Source: a virus (Duplodnaviria; Caudoviricetes). Taken from it: 51,839 nucleotides of DNA. The notes under the pieces were generated by a model that saw only the letters and a program-made list of their open reading frames with translations, was not told the DNA's origin and did no database searches. The stretch lies in the IMG/VR virus record IMGVR_UViG_3300025608_000032, positions 1 through 51,839 of that record. One strand, given 5' to 3'. Of this stretch, positions 43,602-51,839 are shown piece by piece. The translations under genes and the position numbers were made by a program. Positions within the stretch are counted from its first letter, which is position 1. Every line of letters starts with the position of its first letter.

Positions 43602-44229
43602 TCATGTGCATTATTCGGTGAATATTCACCAAATCAACGATGAGGCTCGTGCAAAACTCAAAGAGATGTTTGGGCGAATTCGAACTGATAACAACTATCG
43701 TTGGTTCTCTGATATCTTTGTTGAGGGCGACTTGACATATGAAGAGACAGAGAAGTATGCGTGGACAACAGAACACATTGGCCCTAAGTGGTGTTACTTT
43801 GAAGACTTTGATGCAGATGAAAAGGAACCGTTTTTTAACGGTGAGGCGGCATGGAGCGCACCTGAGACGGGGCTAGAGAAACTACTAACTATTCTGACAG
43901 AATATGACCCTAACATCATTACATCTATTTGTTATGAAGATGAAATGCCCAACTTCATTGGTGTATCAGTCTACGAAGGCGATGAGATGTATGACGGTTT
44001 CGAAGATGAGTATGAAGAACTCCGTGATCGTGTGATTGCATCATCTGAAACCCTTACTGAAGAGTCTTGGAATGAAGACGAAGACGAATGGGTTGATGAG
44101 GACGCCGAAGACACATTCCGTGATGAAATGTGGGAAGTAATCAACGACTCACAGTGGGAACTAGTTTCTGAATGTGTTGACCAAATCAAAGCAGACCAAG
44201 CAGAGCGAGAATCAACAGTCGGATGTTGA
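43594..44229 (+). CDS. acidic hypothetical protein (DUF1281/Api92-like motifs)
   Basis: MANHV..., GPKW, AWSAP and YEDE motifs. Confidence 0.65.
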   Translation: MANHVHYSVNIHQINDEARAKLKEMFGRIRTDNNYRWFSDIFVEGDLTYEETEKYAWTTEHIGPKWCYFEDFDADEKEPFFNGEAAWSAPETGLEKLLTILTEYDPNIITSICYEDEMPNFIGVSVYEGDEMYDGFEDEYEELRDRVIASSETLTEESWNEDEDEWVDEDAEDTFRDEMWEVINDSQWELVSECVDQIKADQAERESTVGC

Positions 44230-45038
44230 CAATGAAACCAGTGGACTATAGAGTCGCTACCTTGTTTGTGCAAGAGCGTCACTATAGTCCAGTTATGCCT
44301 AAACTCACTAAACACTATTTGGGTGCTTACCAAGACGATGAATTGGTGGGCATTTTGACGTTGGGGTGGGGGACTAATCCTATGGGGACAATCAAGAAGA
44401 TGTTCCCAGAACTAACCACAGAACACTACTTTGAGATTGGTAAGATGTGCATGGATGATGCCATGCCTCGCAACTCAGAGTCGCAAATGATGGCTGGTGC
44501 AATTCACTGGATGAAGAAGAACACACCAGAGAAGATGTATCTCTACACATGGGCAGATGGGATTGTGGGTAAGCCAGGATATGTCTATCAGGCAGGCAAC
44601 TTCCTGTATGGTGGTTTCATTTGGAGTGATGTATACGTCACTGAAGAGGGTGAGAAAGTCCACTTCAGAACGATTCAACGCAAGATGAAGAAAGAGATGG
44701 GTAGGGACGATTTGAAGTATGGCCCTCGACCTAATGACGCCAAGATGGGTGAATTAGGGTTCTCTCGTGTATGGGGTAAACAGTTTCGTTATATCTACCC
44801 TATCACAAAACAGGCACGCCGTTATCTAAAATCAGACAAAACCACTATGGATTGGACACTACCATATCCAAAAGACAAAGACTTGCAATGGAAAATAAAG
44901 AAGCCAGGCGAGACAGAATATCGCTTGACAAATGAGATGCCTTATGACTATAATGGCTCCAGTGTTAGACATAATTCTAGTAATGTGAATAAGGTGATAG
45001 ACAAATATGGAAGCGCAACACTCGAACAGTTCATGTGA
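44223..45038 (+). CDS. Mom-like adenine modification (GNAT) enzyme
   Basis: HYS, EIGKMC...PRNSES, YTWADG..GKPGYVYQAGNFLYGG and K.FRYIY motifs. Confidence 0.75.
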   Translation: MLTMKPVDYRVATLFVQERHYSPVMPKLTKHYLGAYQDDELVGILTLGWGTNPMGTIKKMFPELTTEHYFEIGKMCMDDAMPRNSESQMMAGAIHWMKKNTPEKMYLYTWADGIVGKPGYVYQAGNFLYGGFIWSDVYVTEEGEKVHFRTIQRKMKKEMGRDDLKYGPRPNDAKMGELGFSRVWGKQFRYIYPITKQARRYLKSDKTTMDWTLPYPKDKDLQWKIKKPGETEYRLTNEMPYDYNGSSVRHNSSNVNKVIDKYGSATLEQFM

Positions 45039-45459
45039 TACTTTCGTGGTTCGAAATATCTCTTTTGGAACTTTGAATCAAGAAGAGTTGGCAGAGATGT
45101 TCACTGATGGACGCCTTGCCTCACACTTCTTGGAACGCCAATTGACAAAGTGGTATCCAGACTTGACATTCGTTGACAAGAAGGGTTACGACCATGTTGA
45201 TGAGCAGGGTAATAAGTATGACCAGAAGTGTTTCACTAAGGGCGGACTAGGGTTCGCACCATCTCATATGGGTGGGAAAGGACGTGTATTTGTTCAAGAA
45301 GAAGCACACGAACACGCAAGGGATATTACCTATATTTGTTGTGATATTGTGGATTTTCCTACTGTCAGAGTTAAGTTCGCTAAAGGTTCTGATCTGATTG
45401 AGGCTTATCCAAAATGTAAGATATCGTTTACTAAACGTAAGGAGTTTTTCGGTGAGTGA
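45007..45459 (+). CDS. putative PD-(D/E)XK-like nuclease
   Basis: DGR..SHFLE, GYDHVD...YDQKCFTKGG...PSHM.GKGR. Confidence 0.5.
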   Translation: MEAQHSNSSCDTFVVRNISFGTLNQEELAEMFTDGRLASHFLERQLTKWYPDLTFVDKKGYDHVDEQGNKYDQKCFTKGGLGFAPSHMGGKGRVFVQEEAHEHARDITYICCDIVDFPTVRVKFAKGSDLIEAYPKCKISFTKRKEFFGE

Positions 45460-45787
45460 TGAAAAGTATGTTGTTGTAACAACAATATCTCAATTCAAGA
45501 TTCGTTATGCAGTTCCAATGAGCGAACTACAGAAGGAAAACCCAGATGCACCAGTTGACCCTCTATGGGCCTTGGATGGTGTGACTTGTCAAGACTATGA
45601 AGAGTTCTCACAAGAACACTTGGGTGAGGTAATCACTGATTGGTGCGTAGAGGATGAAGAACAAATCTTAGAACGGTTTGACAGAGAGAATGACTATCTT
45701 GCTGGTTGGGGCAAAGAACAGAAACTAAACAATATTAGACACAATGGAACATCACATGAACGAAGAAATGCCAAAGATAATTCATGA
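45452..45787 (+). CDS. hypothetical protein
   Basis: AAGGAG SD, GTG start; EFSQEHLGE motif. Confidence 0.7.
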   Translation: MSDEKYVVVTTISQFKIRYAVPMSELQKENPDAPVDPLWALDGVTCQDYEEFSQEHLGEVITDWCVEDEEQILERFDRENDYLAGWGKEQKLNNIRHNGTSHERRNAKDNS

Positions 45788-46232
45788 ACCTCTATTTGAG
45801 TCAGACAAGATAGAGGCACACTATTCAGAACAGGATGGTGTCCCTGTTAAATATGTCTGCACATCTGCGCTGGGTGGGCAAGACTTTGCCGTGGATATCT
45901 TCTATCGTGAGACTCCACATCCAGAGTTCGGCAACAGATACTTTGGTATCTATCGTAACATGTATGCGGCAGGCGCTCAGATTATGATTACAAATGCAGA
46001 CGTGATTGAAGAGTTGGAGTTTGGGATGGCTAAAGATTCTGACGGCAACCTTCACTATTCTACACATCGTCATGACTATAAAGTTTTGGACAATGGGAAT
46101 ATGATTGACGGTGGACGTGCATATTCTCGTTTCAGTGGTGTTGTAGAATATTTCAAAGTAAAAGACGGTAAGTTTGTCAATGATGAGGCCGAATGGCCAT
46201 TTCAAGACAGTGGACTTGAGGATATGTCATAA
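45756..46232 (+). CDS. conserved phage hypothetical protein
   Basis: DIFYRETPHPEFGNRYFG, YS.HRHDY and MIDGGRAY motifs. Confidence 0.8.
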   Translation: MNEEMPKIIHEPLFESDKIEAHYSEQDGVPVKYVCTSALGGQDFAVDIFYRETPHPEFGNRYFGIYRNMYAAGAQIMITNADVIEELEFGMAKDSDGNLHYSTHRHDYKVLDNGNMIDGGRAYSRFSGVVEYFKVKDGKFVNDEAEWPFQDSGLEDMS

Positions 46233-46774
46233 TGTATGTTCGATTGGGACAATATCAGGATGATGGCAGTGAACGTGAAACTCATGTTGTAATCCATCAC
46301 TATGATACATGGAATATGGATGAAAGTCTTGCACATGTAGTTCTGCCTATGTTGAAACAGTTGAGAAAGACTAAACATGGCGCTCCCTTTGTGGACATGC
46401 CTGACCGTCCAGAACACCTACAGTGTTATAAAGAACCAGAAGATTATGAAACCGACAAGTTTCACTTCCAAGCATGGGATTGGGTTCTGGACGAAATGAT
46501 TTTTGCTTTTGAAACAAAAGTAGGAGAACTCTCTGATTGGGAAGAACAGTTTCATGAATACAGTGAAGTCCCAGACCTTAAGTGGGTGGGAGTAGGGCCT
46601 GCACAATTACGTCTATTCCCAGACGATGATGGGGAGAAGGAAGACTATGAATTCTATGAGATGAAGTCTTCTGGCAAATCAAAAATTGATTGGGATGGAC
46701 GTAAAAAATATCAGGAAAGGATTTCTAATGGGTTCCGACTATTCGGGAAGTATTACGAAAACTTATGGGATTGA
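46232..46774 (+). CDS. conserved phage hypothetical protein
   Basis: YDTWNMD, LPMLKQL, WDWVLDEMIFAF and GFRLFGKYY.NLWD motifs. Confidence 0.8.
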   Translation: MYVRLGQYQDDGSERETHVVIHHYDTWNMDESLAHVVLPMLKQLRKTKHGAPFVDMPDRPEHLQCYKEPEDYETDKFHFQAWDWVLDEMIFAFETKVGELSDWEEQFHEYSEVPDLKWVGVGPAQLRLFPDDDGEKEDYEFYEMKSSGKSKIDWDGRKKYQERISNGFRLFGKYYENLWD

Positions 46775-47174
46775 TGAATTGGAACTAGATGATACAACAA
46801 CAAAAGAAGAGTTCAAAGAGGCTCGTAGAGAAAGTCGTGCAAGTAATCTTGCAATGGAACTTTCCAAAGAACGTAAGCGTCTAAAACAAGAACTTGCAGA
46901 ACTCCAGACAGAAGTAGAGGACTTGACTCCTACTACTCCAACAGGCACGCCTGATTGGTATGTTAAGTGGGCAGCAACTATTCTCGCTGTCGCTGGTGTA
47001 TTTCTAATCAGTGCTGGACTTGGTATGTATGGACAAGTTGCATATCTACTTGCAAGTATCTGTTGGGTATTTGTTGGTATGCAATGGAGCGACAGAGCAA
47101 TTATGATTGGTAGTTCCATTACAGGAACCGCCGTAGCAATGAACTTAGTAACCACTCTGGTTACAACACAGTAA
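46728..47174 (+). CDS. coiled-coil plus 3-TM membrane protein
   Basis: DWYVKW followed by hydrophobic helices. Confidence 0.75.
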   Translation: MGSDYSGSITKTYGIDELELDDTTTKEEFKEARRESRASNLAMELSKERKRLKQELAELQTEVEDLTPTTPTGTPDWYVKWAATILAVAGVFLISAGLGMYGQVAYLLASICWVFVGMQWSDRAIMIGSSITGTAVAMNLVTTLVTTQ

Positions 47175-47184
47175 GGAAATAAAT

Positions 47185-47484
47185 ATGTTTAAGAATGGTG
47201 ATATCGTAACGTTGGTTATGGCTAACGGTGCAGAGATTATTGGTGAGTTGGTTAATAGTTCGCCAGAAGGATATGAAGTAAACCGCCCTCGTATGGTTCA
47301 GGCGAATCAACAGGGAGTGGGACTCGTGGATGGCGTCTGTATGACAGGCGAAACCCCAGATGGTAGTCTGGTATTCAATCGCAGTGGTGTGATGTTTGTT
47401 ATTAAAACAGTAGAAGAAATGGCAAAGGGTTACAAACAACAAGTGAGTGGACTCGTATTGCCCACAAATGGACTTAAGATTTAG
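47185..47484 (+). CDS. Sm-like fold hypothetical protein
   Basis: GDIVTL...GAEIIGEL...P...Y.QQVSGLVLP. Confidence 0.7.
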   Translation: MFKNGDIVTLVMANGAEIIGELVNSSPEGYEVNRPRMVQANQQGVGLVDGVCMTGETPDGSLVFNRSGVMFVIKTVEEMAKGYKQQVSGLVLPTNGLKI

Positions 47485-47690
47485 TGACACGTTTCATCAT
47501 CATACCCTTCTATAGTTACTTTTTGATGATGATATACGCTGCACTAATGGGTAGAGAGAGACTATTGGAATACCCCATTGGTGAACCACTCATTCTATTT
47601 GAGGAGTGGCTTATCATTATGGGTATTGCATTTGTTATAACAACAATAAGGATAATCTATGCGAGAGTTAAGAATAGAGGGGCTGACTGA
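47484..47690 (+). CDS. small membrane protein
   Basis: Two hydrophobic segments. Confidence 0.55.
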   Translation: MTRFIIIPFYSYFLMMIYAALMGRERLLEYPIGEPLILFEEWLIIMGIAFVITTIRIIYARVKNRGAD

Positions 47691-47907
47691 GGAACAGTGT
47701 ATGTTTCTGGACGTGATTTATACATGTGAATCATACGATGAACTTATGAACTTTACACACAGTCTGCCTCGTAAAGAACAATTAGAAGTGTTGACACTTA
47801 TCCAAATCCTCTTGCATGAGACTATCGAAGAGGAAATGATTAAACCTATGACCTCTTATCCAGAGGCAGAACAGATTATCAACAAGATTAGAAAGAACTT
47901 GAAATGA
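47659..47907 (+). CDS. hypothetical protein
   Basis: Overlapping ORF in the gene run. Confidence 0.7.
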   Translation: MRELRIEGLTEEQCMFLDVIYTCESYDELMNFTHSLPRKEQLEVLTLIQILLHETIEEEMIKPMTSYPEAEQIINKIRKNLK

Positions 47908-48125
47908 GGTATGGAGATTATATGTTGAAAGCGACACGCCTAGATAGACTAATTCAACAACACAATCAATACAGACAACTACTGAACAGTTTGACTAATC
48001 AGTGGTTGTCCTATGCGTCACATAAGGAGACTGGCCTTGTGTATGACATAGACATTATCAAACACCATATCGAAACCCTCTCTAAAGAGATTGATATCCT
48101 CGAACAAGAGTTAGAAAAGTCATAA
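47904..48125 (+). CDS. hypothetical protein
   Basis: ATGA overlap. Confidence 0.6.
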   Translation: MRYGDYMLKATRLDRLIQQHNQYRQLLNSLTNQWLSYASHKETGLVYDIDIIKHHIETLSKEIDILEQELEKS

Positions 48126-48132
48126 TTTTCTA

Positions 48133-48161
48133 TTGACATTTCCTTACAAATAGACTACTAT
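48133..48161 (+). promoter_or_regulatory. sigma70-type promoter
   Basis: TTGACA-17-TACTAT. Confidence 0.6.
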
Positions 48162-48220
48162 ATAATCATGTATTCCGAAAGGACTACACAGGCACTTTAT
48201 GGAACATAAAGGAGAAAAAC

Positions 48221-49216
48221 ATGAAGAAGTCACACGCAATGGCCGAGATTATGGCCCTATCAGGTGTTCAACCTGTTCAAAAAATTATTGACATTATCAA
48301 GTCAATCGACAATTTTAAGTCTGATACAATTGACAGTCTTAACAAGGCAAAACCTTATACAGAAGACGGTTGTATCTCAATCAAAGAAATTTTTGTAGAC
48401 CTTACCTATCAACGCAAGTTGCGTATTCAGGCGCTCATCAATCGACTCATTGAACAGGGTGGATTTGATAAGGACGTTGCTGGACACATTGACGTTGCAG
48501 TTCGCACAGATGGCAACTACTACGTTTGGGATGGGTTTCACCGTGTTATCATGGCAGGCATCGTAGGACTTACTCAGATTGCTGCCTCTGTCTATATCCA
48601 TGATAAGACACTTTCTGTTCTAGAACAACAACAGAAAGAAGCGAAAATGTTTAAGATTCGCAATGCAGACCAGACTCGTATGGAGCCAGGCGAAATCTTC
48701 AAGTCTGAGGTTGTATTCAACGAAGCAACTGCAATGAAGATTCTCGACCTTCTGAAGTTATGTAAGATTGATGTGGAAGGAACTAACCCAGGCGATGGAC
48801 ACTATTCACTAGGTGGATTTGCAATGTTGCGTAATGTGTGGGATAAGATTCCCCCTCGTTACTTTGCAGAGGCATCTGAATTGATTCGTAATGCATGGGG
48901 CACAGAACGCACTATGTCCATCTACTTGTGGGTAGGTATGGCACAGTTGCTTCAGGCAAATGAGAGCGACCGTTCTGTCACAACTGCCTCTGTATTCGAA
49001 TTGAAGAATGCACTGAGTGATTATGTGGAGAACAACAGCTCAAAACAGAAGGATTTCACCCAACCTCGTTTGCACGGCCTCGCAACAGAGTCTACTGCAT
49101 CGAACATTCTCAATCGTGCATTCTTTGACTGTTACAATGATAACGGCAACGAAGTCAAGTCACTGATTAAGTCTTTGGGTGTTGATGAAGAAGAGTTATA
49201 TACTGAACAGGTATAA
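48221..49216 (+). CDS. ParB/Srx-like domain protein
   Basis: IFVDLTYQR and YYVWDGFHRV motifs. Confidence 0.75.
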   Translation: MKKSHAMAEIMALSGVQPVQKIIDIIKSIDNFKSDTIDSLNKAKPYTEDGCISIKEIFVDLTYQRKLRIQALINRLIEQGGFDKDVAGHIDVAVRTDGNYYVWDGFHRVIMAGIVGLTQIAASVYIHDKTLSVLEQQQKEAKMFKIRNADQTRMEPGEIFKSEVVFNEATAMKILDLLKLCKIDVEGTNPGDGHYSLGGFAMLRNVWDKIPPRYFAEASELIRNAWGTERTMSIYLWVGMAQLLQANESDRSVTTASVFELKNALSDYVENNSSKQKDFTQPRLHGLATESTASNILNRAFFDCYNDNGNEVKSLIKSLGVDEEELYTEQV

Positions 49217-49218
49217 TT

Positions 49219-49407
49219 ATGAAATGGAAAGTGACTAAAGAAGTCAACATCAATGAGTTCGGCACAGATGTAGTTCTTGCCGAACTCTTCAACCGTATCG
49301 GCGACCATATACACGACCCAGAACCACAATACGACCCTGTTCTGGACAATATGTCACACGAAAGATTGGAAAATCTCTTGACTGCAATCAGAAAGGTGTT
49401 ACCATGA
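49219..49407 (+). CDS. hypothetical protein
   Basis: ORF in the gene run. Confidence 0.65.
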   Translation: MKWKVTKEVNINEFGTDVVLAELFNRIGDHIHDPEPQYDPVLDNMSHERLENLLTAIRKVLP

Positions 49408-49544
49408 GCAATAGAGGATTTGATGAGTATGGCAACTATGGGGAGAACAATCCCCCCTTGCCTCCTATGAAAAAGGACATTCGCCCAATGACAGATGAAG
49501 AACGTCAACGGGCGAAAGAACGTGAGGAAAAGAATCGTGAGTGA
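49404..49544 (+). CDS. small hypothetical protein (46 aa)
   Basis: ATGA overlap; MSNRGFDEYGNYGENNPPLPPMKKDIRPMTDEERQRAKERE. Confidence 0.55.
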   Translation: MSNRGFDEYGNYGENNPPLPPMKKDIRPMTDEERQRAKEREEKNRE

Positions 49545-49860
49545 ATATATCCCAGATAAGTGGATGATTATTCGTGTTGAGGGCACTGACCCTCATTTCC
49601 GTGTATTGGGTAGTTGGAGTGGTGGTTACTTGGGTGGCGACTCATGGCGCCTGAATAGTGGTATTGAATCAGTGGTAGAAGATGGAGATTATTACAACTT
49701 CATTGGAAACTCTGGTTCAGTCTATCGTTGCCATAAAGAAATGTATGGTGCAAATGTATATGGATACGGTGTCGCACAAGACCTCTGTAGAGACGGTAAC
49801 GCATACATGTTACAAGAACAACCCGAAAACATGATGGATATGAACACATGGGCGAAGTAA
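49537..49860 (+). CDS. conserved phage hypothetical protein
   Basis: YIPDKW, WSGGYLGGDSWRLNSGI and GNSGSVYRC motifs. Confidence 0.8.
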   Translation: MSEYIPDKWMIIRVEGTDPHFRVLGSWSGGYLGGDSWRLNSGIESVVEDGDYYNFIGNSGSVYRCHKEMYGANVYGYGVAQDLCRDGNAYMLQEQPENMMDMNTWAK

Positions 49861-50018
49861 TTGAATTTCCAATAAAAGAACGGTTATCAGCGAATGATAA
49901 CTGGAGTGTCCCTACTGATATGGATATCATCGTAGACCAAGCAAGGGATATCGAAGAACGAAGTGAAGCTCTGCTACGATGGGCAGAAGAGATGTTATCA
50001 AATGAAGATAAAGATTGA
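49848..50018 (+). CDS. small hypothetical protein (56 aa)
   Basis: MGEVIEFP...; fills the gap. Confidence 0.55.
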   Translation: MGEVIEFPIKERLSANDNWSVPTDMDIIVDQARDIEERSEALLRWAEEMLSNEDKD

Positions 50019-50115
50019 AGTGGAGTTGGACACAGACAAACCAACCGACAGAGACTTGCTAGAAGAACTGATCGCACTGATCGAAGAATATAAAAGAGAC
50101 ACTGATTATGAATGA
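50002..50115 (+). CDS. small hypothetical protein (37 aa)
   Basis: MKIKIEVELDTDKPTDRDLLEELIALIE. Confidence 0.55.
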   Translation: MKIKIEVELDTDKPTDRDLLEELIALIEEYKRDTDYE

Positions 50116-50341
50116 TGACACACTGATTGTAAAGATCGTAGGAATACTGTTGATATTTGCATGTCTGAAGATACTAATGCAAGATGCCCATGCAGTCCAA
50201 GAACCCTCATATGACTGCCCTATATGCATAACAGAACTACCCCCAACCAATCAAACCAAATGCATAGAGATGTATGGAGTGAACGAAGAAGACGTAGGTG
50301 AATGCATGTGGTTACTAGAGAACCAACCGGCACTACAGTAA
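50108..50341 (+). CDS. hypothetical exported/membrane protein
   Basis: Hydrophobic N-terminus; Cys residues. Confidence 0.6.
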   Translation: MNDDTLIVKIVGILLIFACLKILMQDAHAVQEPSYDCPICITELPPTNQTKCIEMYGVNEEDVGECMWLLENQPALQ

Positions 50342-50355
50342 TAGAGGATAAGATT

Positions 50356-50586
50356 ATGGAATACACTATACAGATGACATATGACCAATTGGATGCAATC
50401 ATCATCAAAGAAATGCAGACAATGCTAGAAGGGTTAAAGAACGATAGGAAAAACCGTAAGAATGATGAAGGTATGGCGATATTCGATACAGACAAGAAGA
50501 CTGATTTAAAGAGAATGAAAGAACATATCAATGCATTCGAACTCATCCTGGCATACTACGGTGTGAAAGAAGATGATAACCTATAG
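50356..50586 (+). CDS. hypothetical protein
   Basis: GAGG SD. Confidence 0.7.
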   Translation: MEYTIQMTYDQLDAIIIKEMQTMLEGLKNDRKNRKNDEGMAIFDTDKKTDLKRMKEHINAFELILAYYGVKEDDNL

Positions 50587-50881
50587 CACCAACTGGATGG
50601 GCCCAATCAACCTTTACTGGTATGAAGAACGTGGACTACTGGAACCAGATGGAGTTACACCAACTACTCAATATTCGGCAGGACGTATCGACATAAGAGA
50701 CGATAGTAAAGAAGGATATGATGGGTGGCACGAATACGGTGTAGACCCTATGCATGGTGAGGATTGGAATAGATTCAGTGATTGGTTAGATACAGTAGAA
50801 TCAGAAGAACTCATACCATATGAAACACTAATCAAATCATTCGAAGAACACTATGGGAAGAAGATAAGATGGATGAAGTAA
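50573..50881 (+). CDS. hypothetical protein
   Basis: MITYSTNWMGP...; overlapping start. Confidence 0.75.
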   Translation: MITYSTNWMGPINLYWYEERGLLEPDGVTPTTQYSAGRIDIRDDSKEGYDGWHEYGVDPMHGEDWNRFSDWLDTVESEELIPYETLIKSFEEHYGKKIRWMK

Positions 50882-50888
50882 AAGAAAG

Positions 50889-51131
50889 ATGACTGAAGTG
50901 CCTGGAACAATCAAGAACATGACCCATGAACAACTCCAAGAGTATGCTTGGTGGTTAGTCAAAAGAGTAGGTGAGTTAGAACGTGAAAGAAAGTTCACAA
51001 AAGTATCTCGCCTTGAAGTGATTGGCCCAGAAGGACGTGAGTATGTTCGATACTTCAAGAAGGGTGAGTTTATGTCTCATGATATACAAGACGATGATAG
51101 AACACTCAAAGTGTTTATTGATAAGTGGTAA
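50889..51131 (+). CDS. hypothetical protein
   Basis: VSRLEVI...GREYV...QDDDRTLKVF motif. Confidence 0.75.
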   Translation: MTEVPGTIKNMTHEQLQEYAWWLVKRVGELERERKFTKVSRLEVIGPEGREYVRYFKKGEFMSHDIQDDDRTLKVFIDKW

Positions 51132-51136
51132 AGAAA

Positions 51137-51364
51137 ATGAATGAAAAGAGAATCATATTCATTACCGACCTTATAGATCAACGCCTCCGTAAAGAGAAAG
51201 AGATTGAATTCTATGAGGAACAACTAGAAGAGATCAATAGAAAACTCTTCTGGCTCAGGAAAGAACAACACCTCACACAAACTATTATTGATATCATAGA
51301 GAATGAGAAGGTAGTAGACATAAGGGAACAAATGTATGAGAAACTTAATAAGAAAGATGATTAA
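51137..51364 (+). CDS. coiled-coil hypothetical protein
   Basis: RLRKEKEIEFYEEQL. Confidence 0.7.
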   Translation: MNEKRIIFITDLIDQRLRKEKEIEFYEEQLEEINRKLFWLRKEQHLTQTIIDIIENEKVVDIREQMYEKLNKKDD

Positions 51365-51560
51365 CGCCTATCATGCATGGATAAAGAAACAAGAAGATAA
51401 GATACCCAATTACATGGGTTACAAGGATAAGAAGAATGAGACTAGAAGACTATAAAAGAGAAGAAGGATGGTTGCTTGTGAGTGTATATGCCTTTGGATG
51501 GAGTCTCTATAATAGTAATACAGGAGAGAGCGTAACAGTGCCTAGACGCTAGCGGAGGAT

Positions 51561-51600
51561 TTTCCCATAGTATCCCACAAATACCCACTATTCCCCATAA
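51561..51600. repeat. four degenerate 10-bp tandem repeats
   Basis: TTTCCCATAG TATCCCACAA ATACCCACTA TTCCCCATAA. Confidence 0.6.
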
Positions 51601-51721
51601 TATTAAAAAAGGCTAAAATAAATGGCTAAACGTGCTGTGGATATGTGATTACTACACGTTATATATCGTTTGTCAAGTTTTTTTTCTGAGGGTGCGAGCG
51701 ATTTTTCACCCATGACCTCCT

Positions 51722-51750
51722 AGTATACCACCCCTCTGTGGCCCTGTCAA
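51722..51750 (-). promoter_or_regulatory. sigma70-type promoter, minus strand
   Basis: TTGACA-17-TATACT on the minus strand. Confidence 0.65.
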
Positions 51751-51839
51751 GGGCCAATTTTTTTTATTTTTTTTAGCCCCCTCGCCGAAACGCCTGCCTG
51801 GCAAGGGTTTCAGAGGGGCCCCAAAATTAATTTAGCTAA

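Noticed and set aside
51603-51713. 36-codon minus-strand ORF after GGAGG
   Set aside because: SD spacing is only 2 nt, it overlaps promoter elements and the composition is not protein-like.

Overview
This window is ~52 kb of a T4-like (myovirus) phage genome, probably marine. The host is probably an alphaproteobacterium, inferred from a permuted two-piece tmRNA with an ANDSTYALAA tag and a DUF1127 gene. Replication and nucleotide genes: gp61 primase, NrdA, Grx-NrdB, dCMP deaminase, RNase H, gp33, gp59, ThyX, gp32. Baseplate, tail and head-completion genes: tape measure-like, gp51, gp26, gp54-like, gp2, gp4, gp48, gp53, gp27-like. Lysis genes: spanin pair, holin candidate, GH19, SleB and NlpC/P60 hydrolases. 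Auxiliary genes: bS21, PhoH, peroxiredoxin, Mom-like. There are also arrays of small early ORFs, 8 tRNAs of standard cloverleaf type, 1 atypical tRNA and a tmRNA. The most unusual signals are: (1) a promoter-hairpin sRNA-atypical tRNA(Gly)-terminator unit whose 28-nt CU-rich loop is near-perfectly antisense to the ribosome-binding region of a gene 13 kb away; (2) that target gene lies in a late seven-gene operon of exported, partly pilin/chaperone-like proteins; (3) a complete tRNA-Trp nested on the same strand inside an open protein-coding gene; (4) repeated H-type pseudoknot motifs next to structural RNAs; (5) a -1 slippery site joining gp26 to gp51; (6) a palindromic operator in five early-promoter spacers; (7) apparent GGWCC avoidance. 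All protein family calls come from motif recognition by eye, without database searches.
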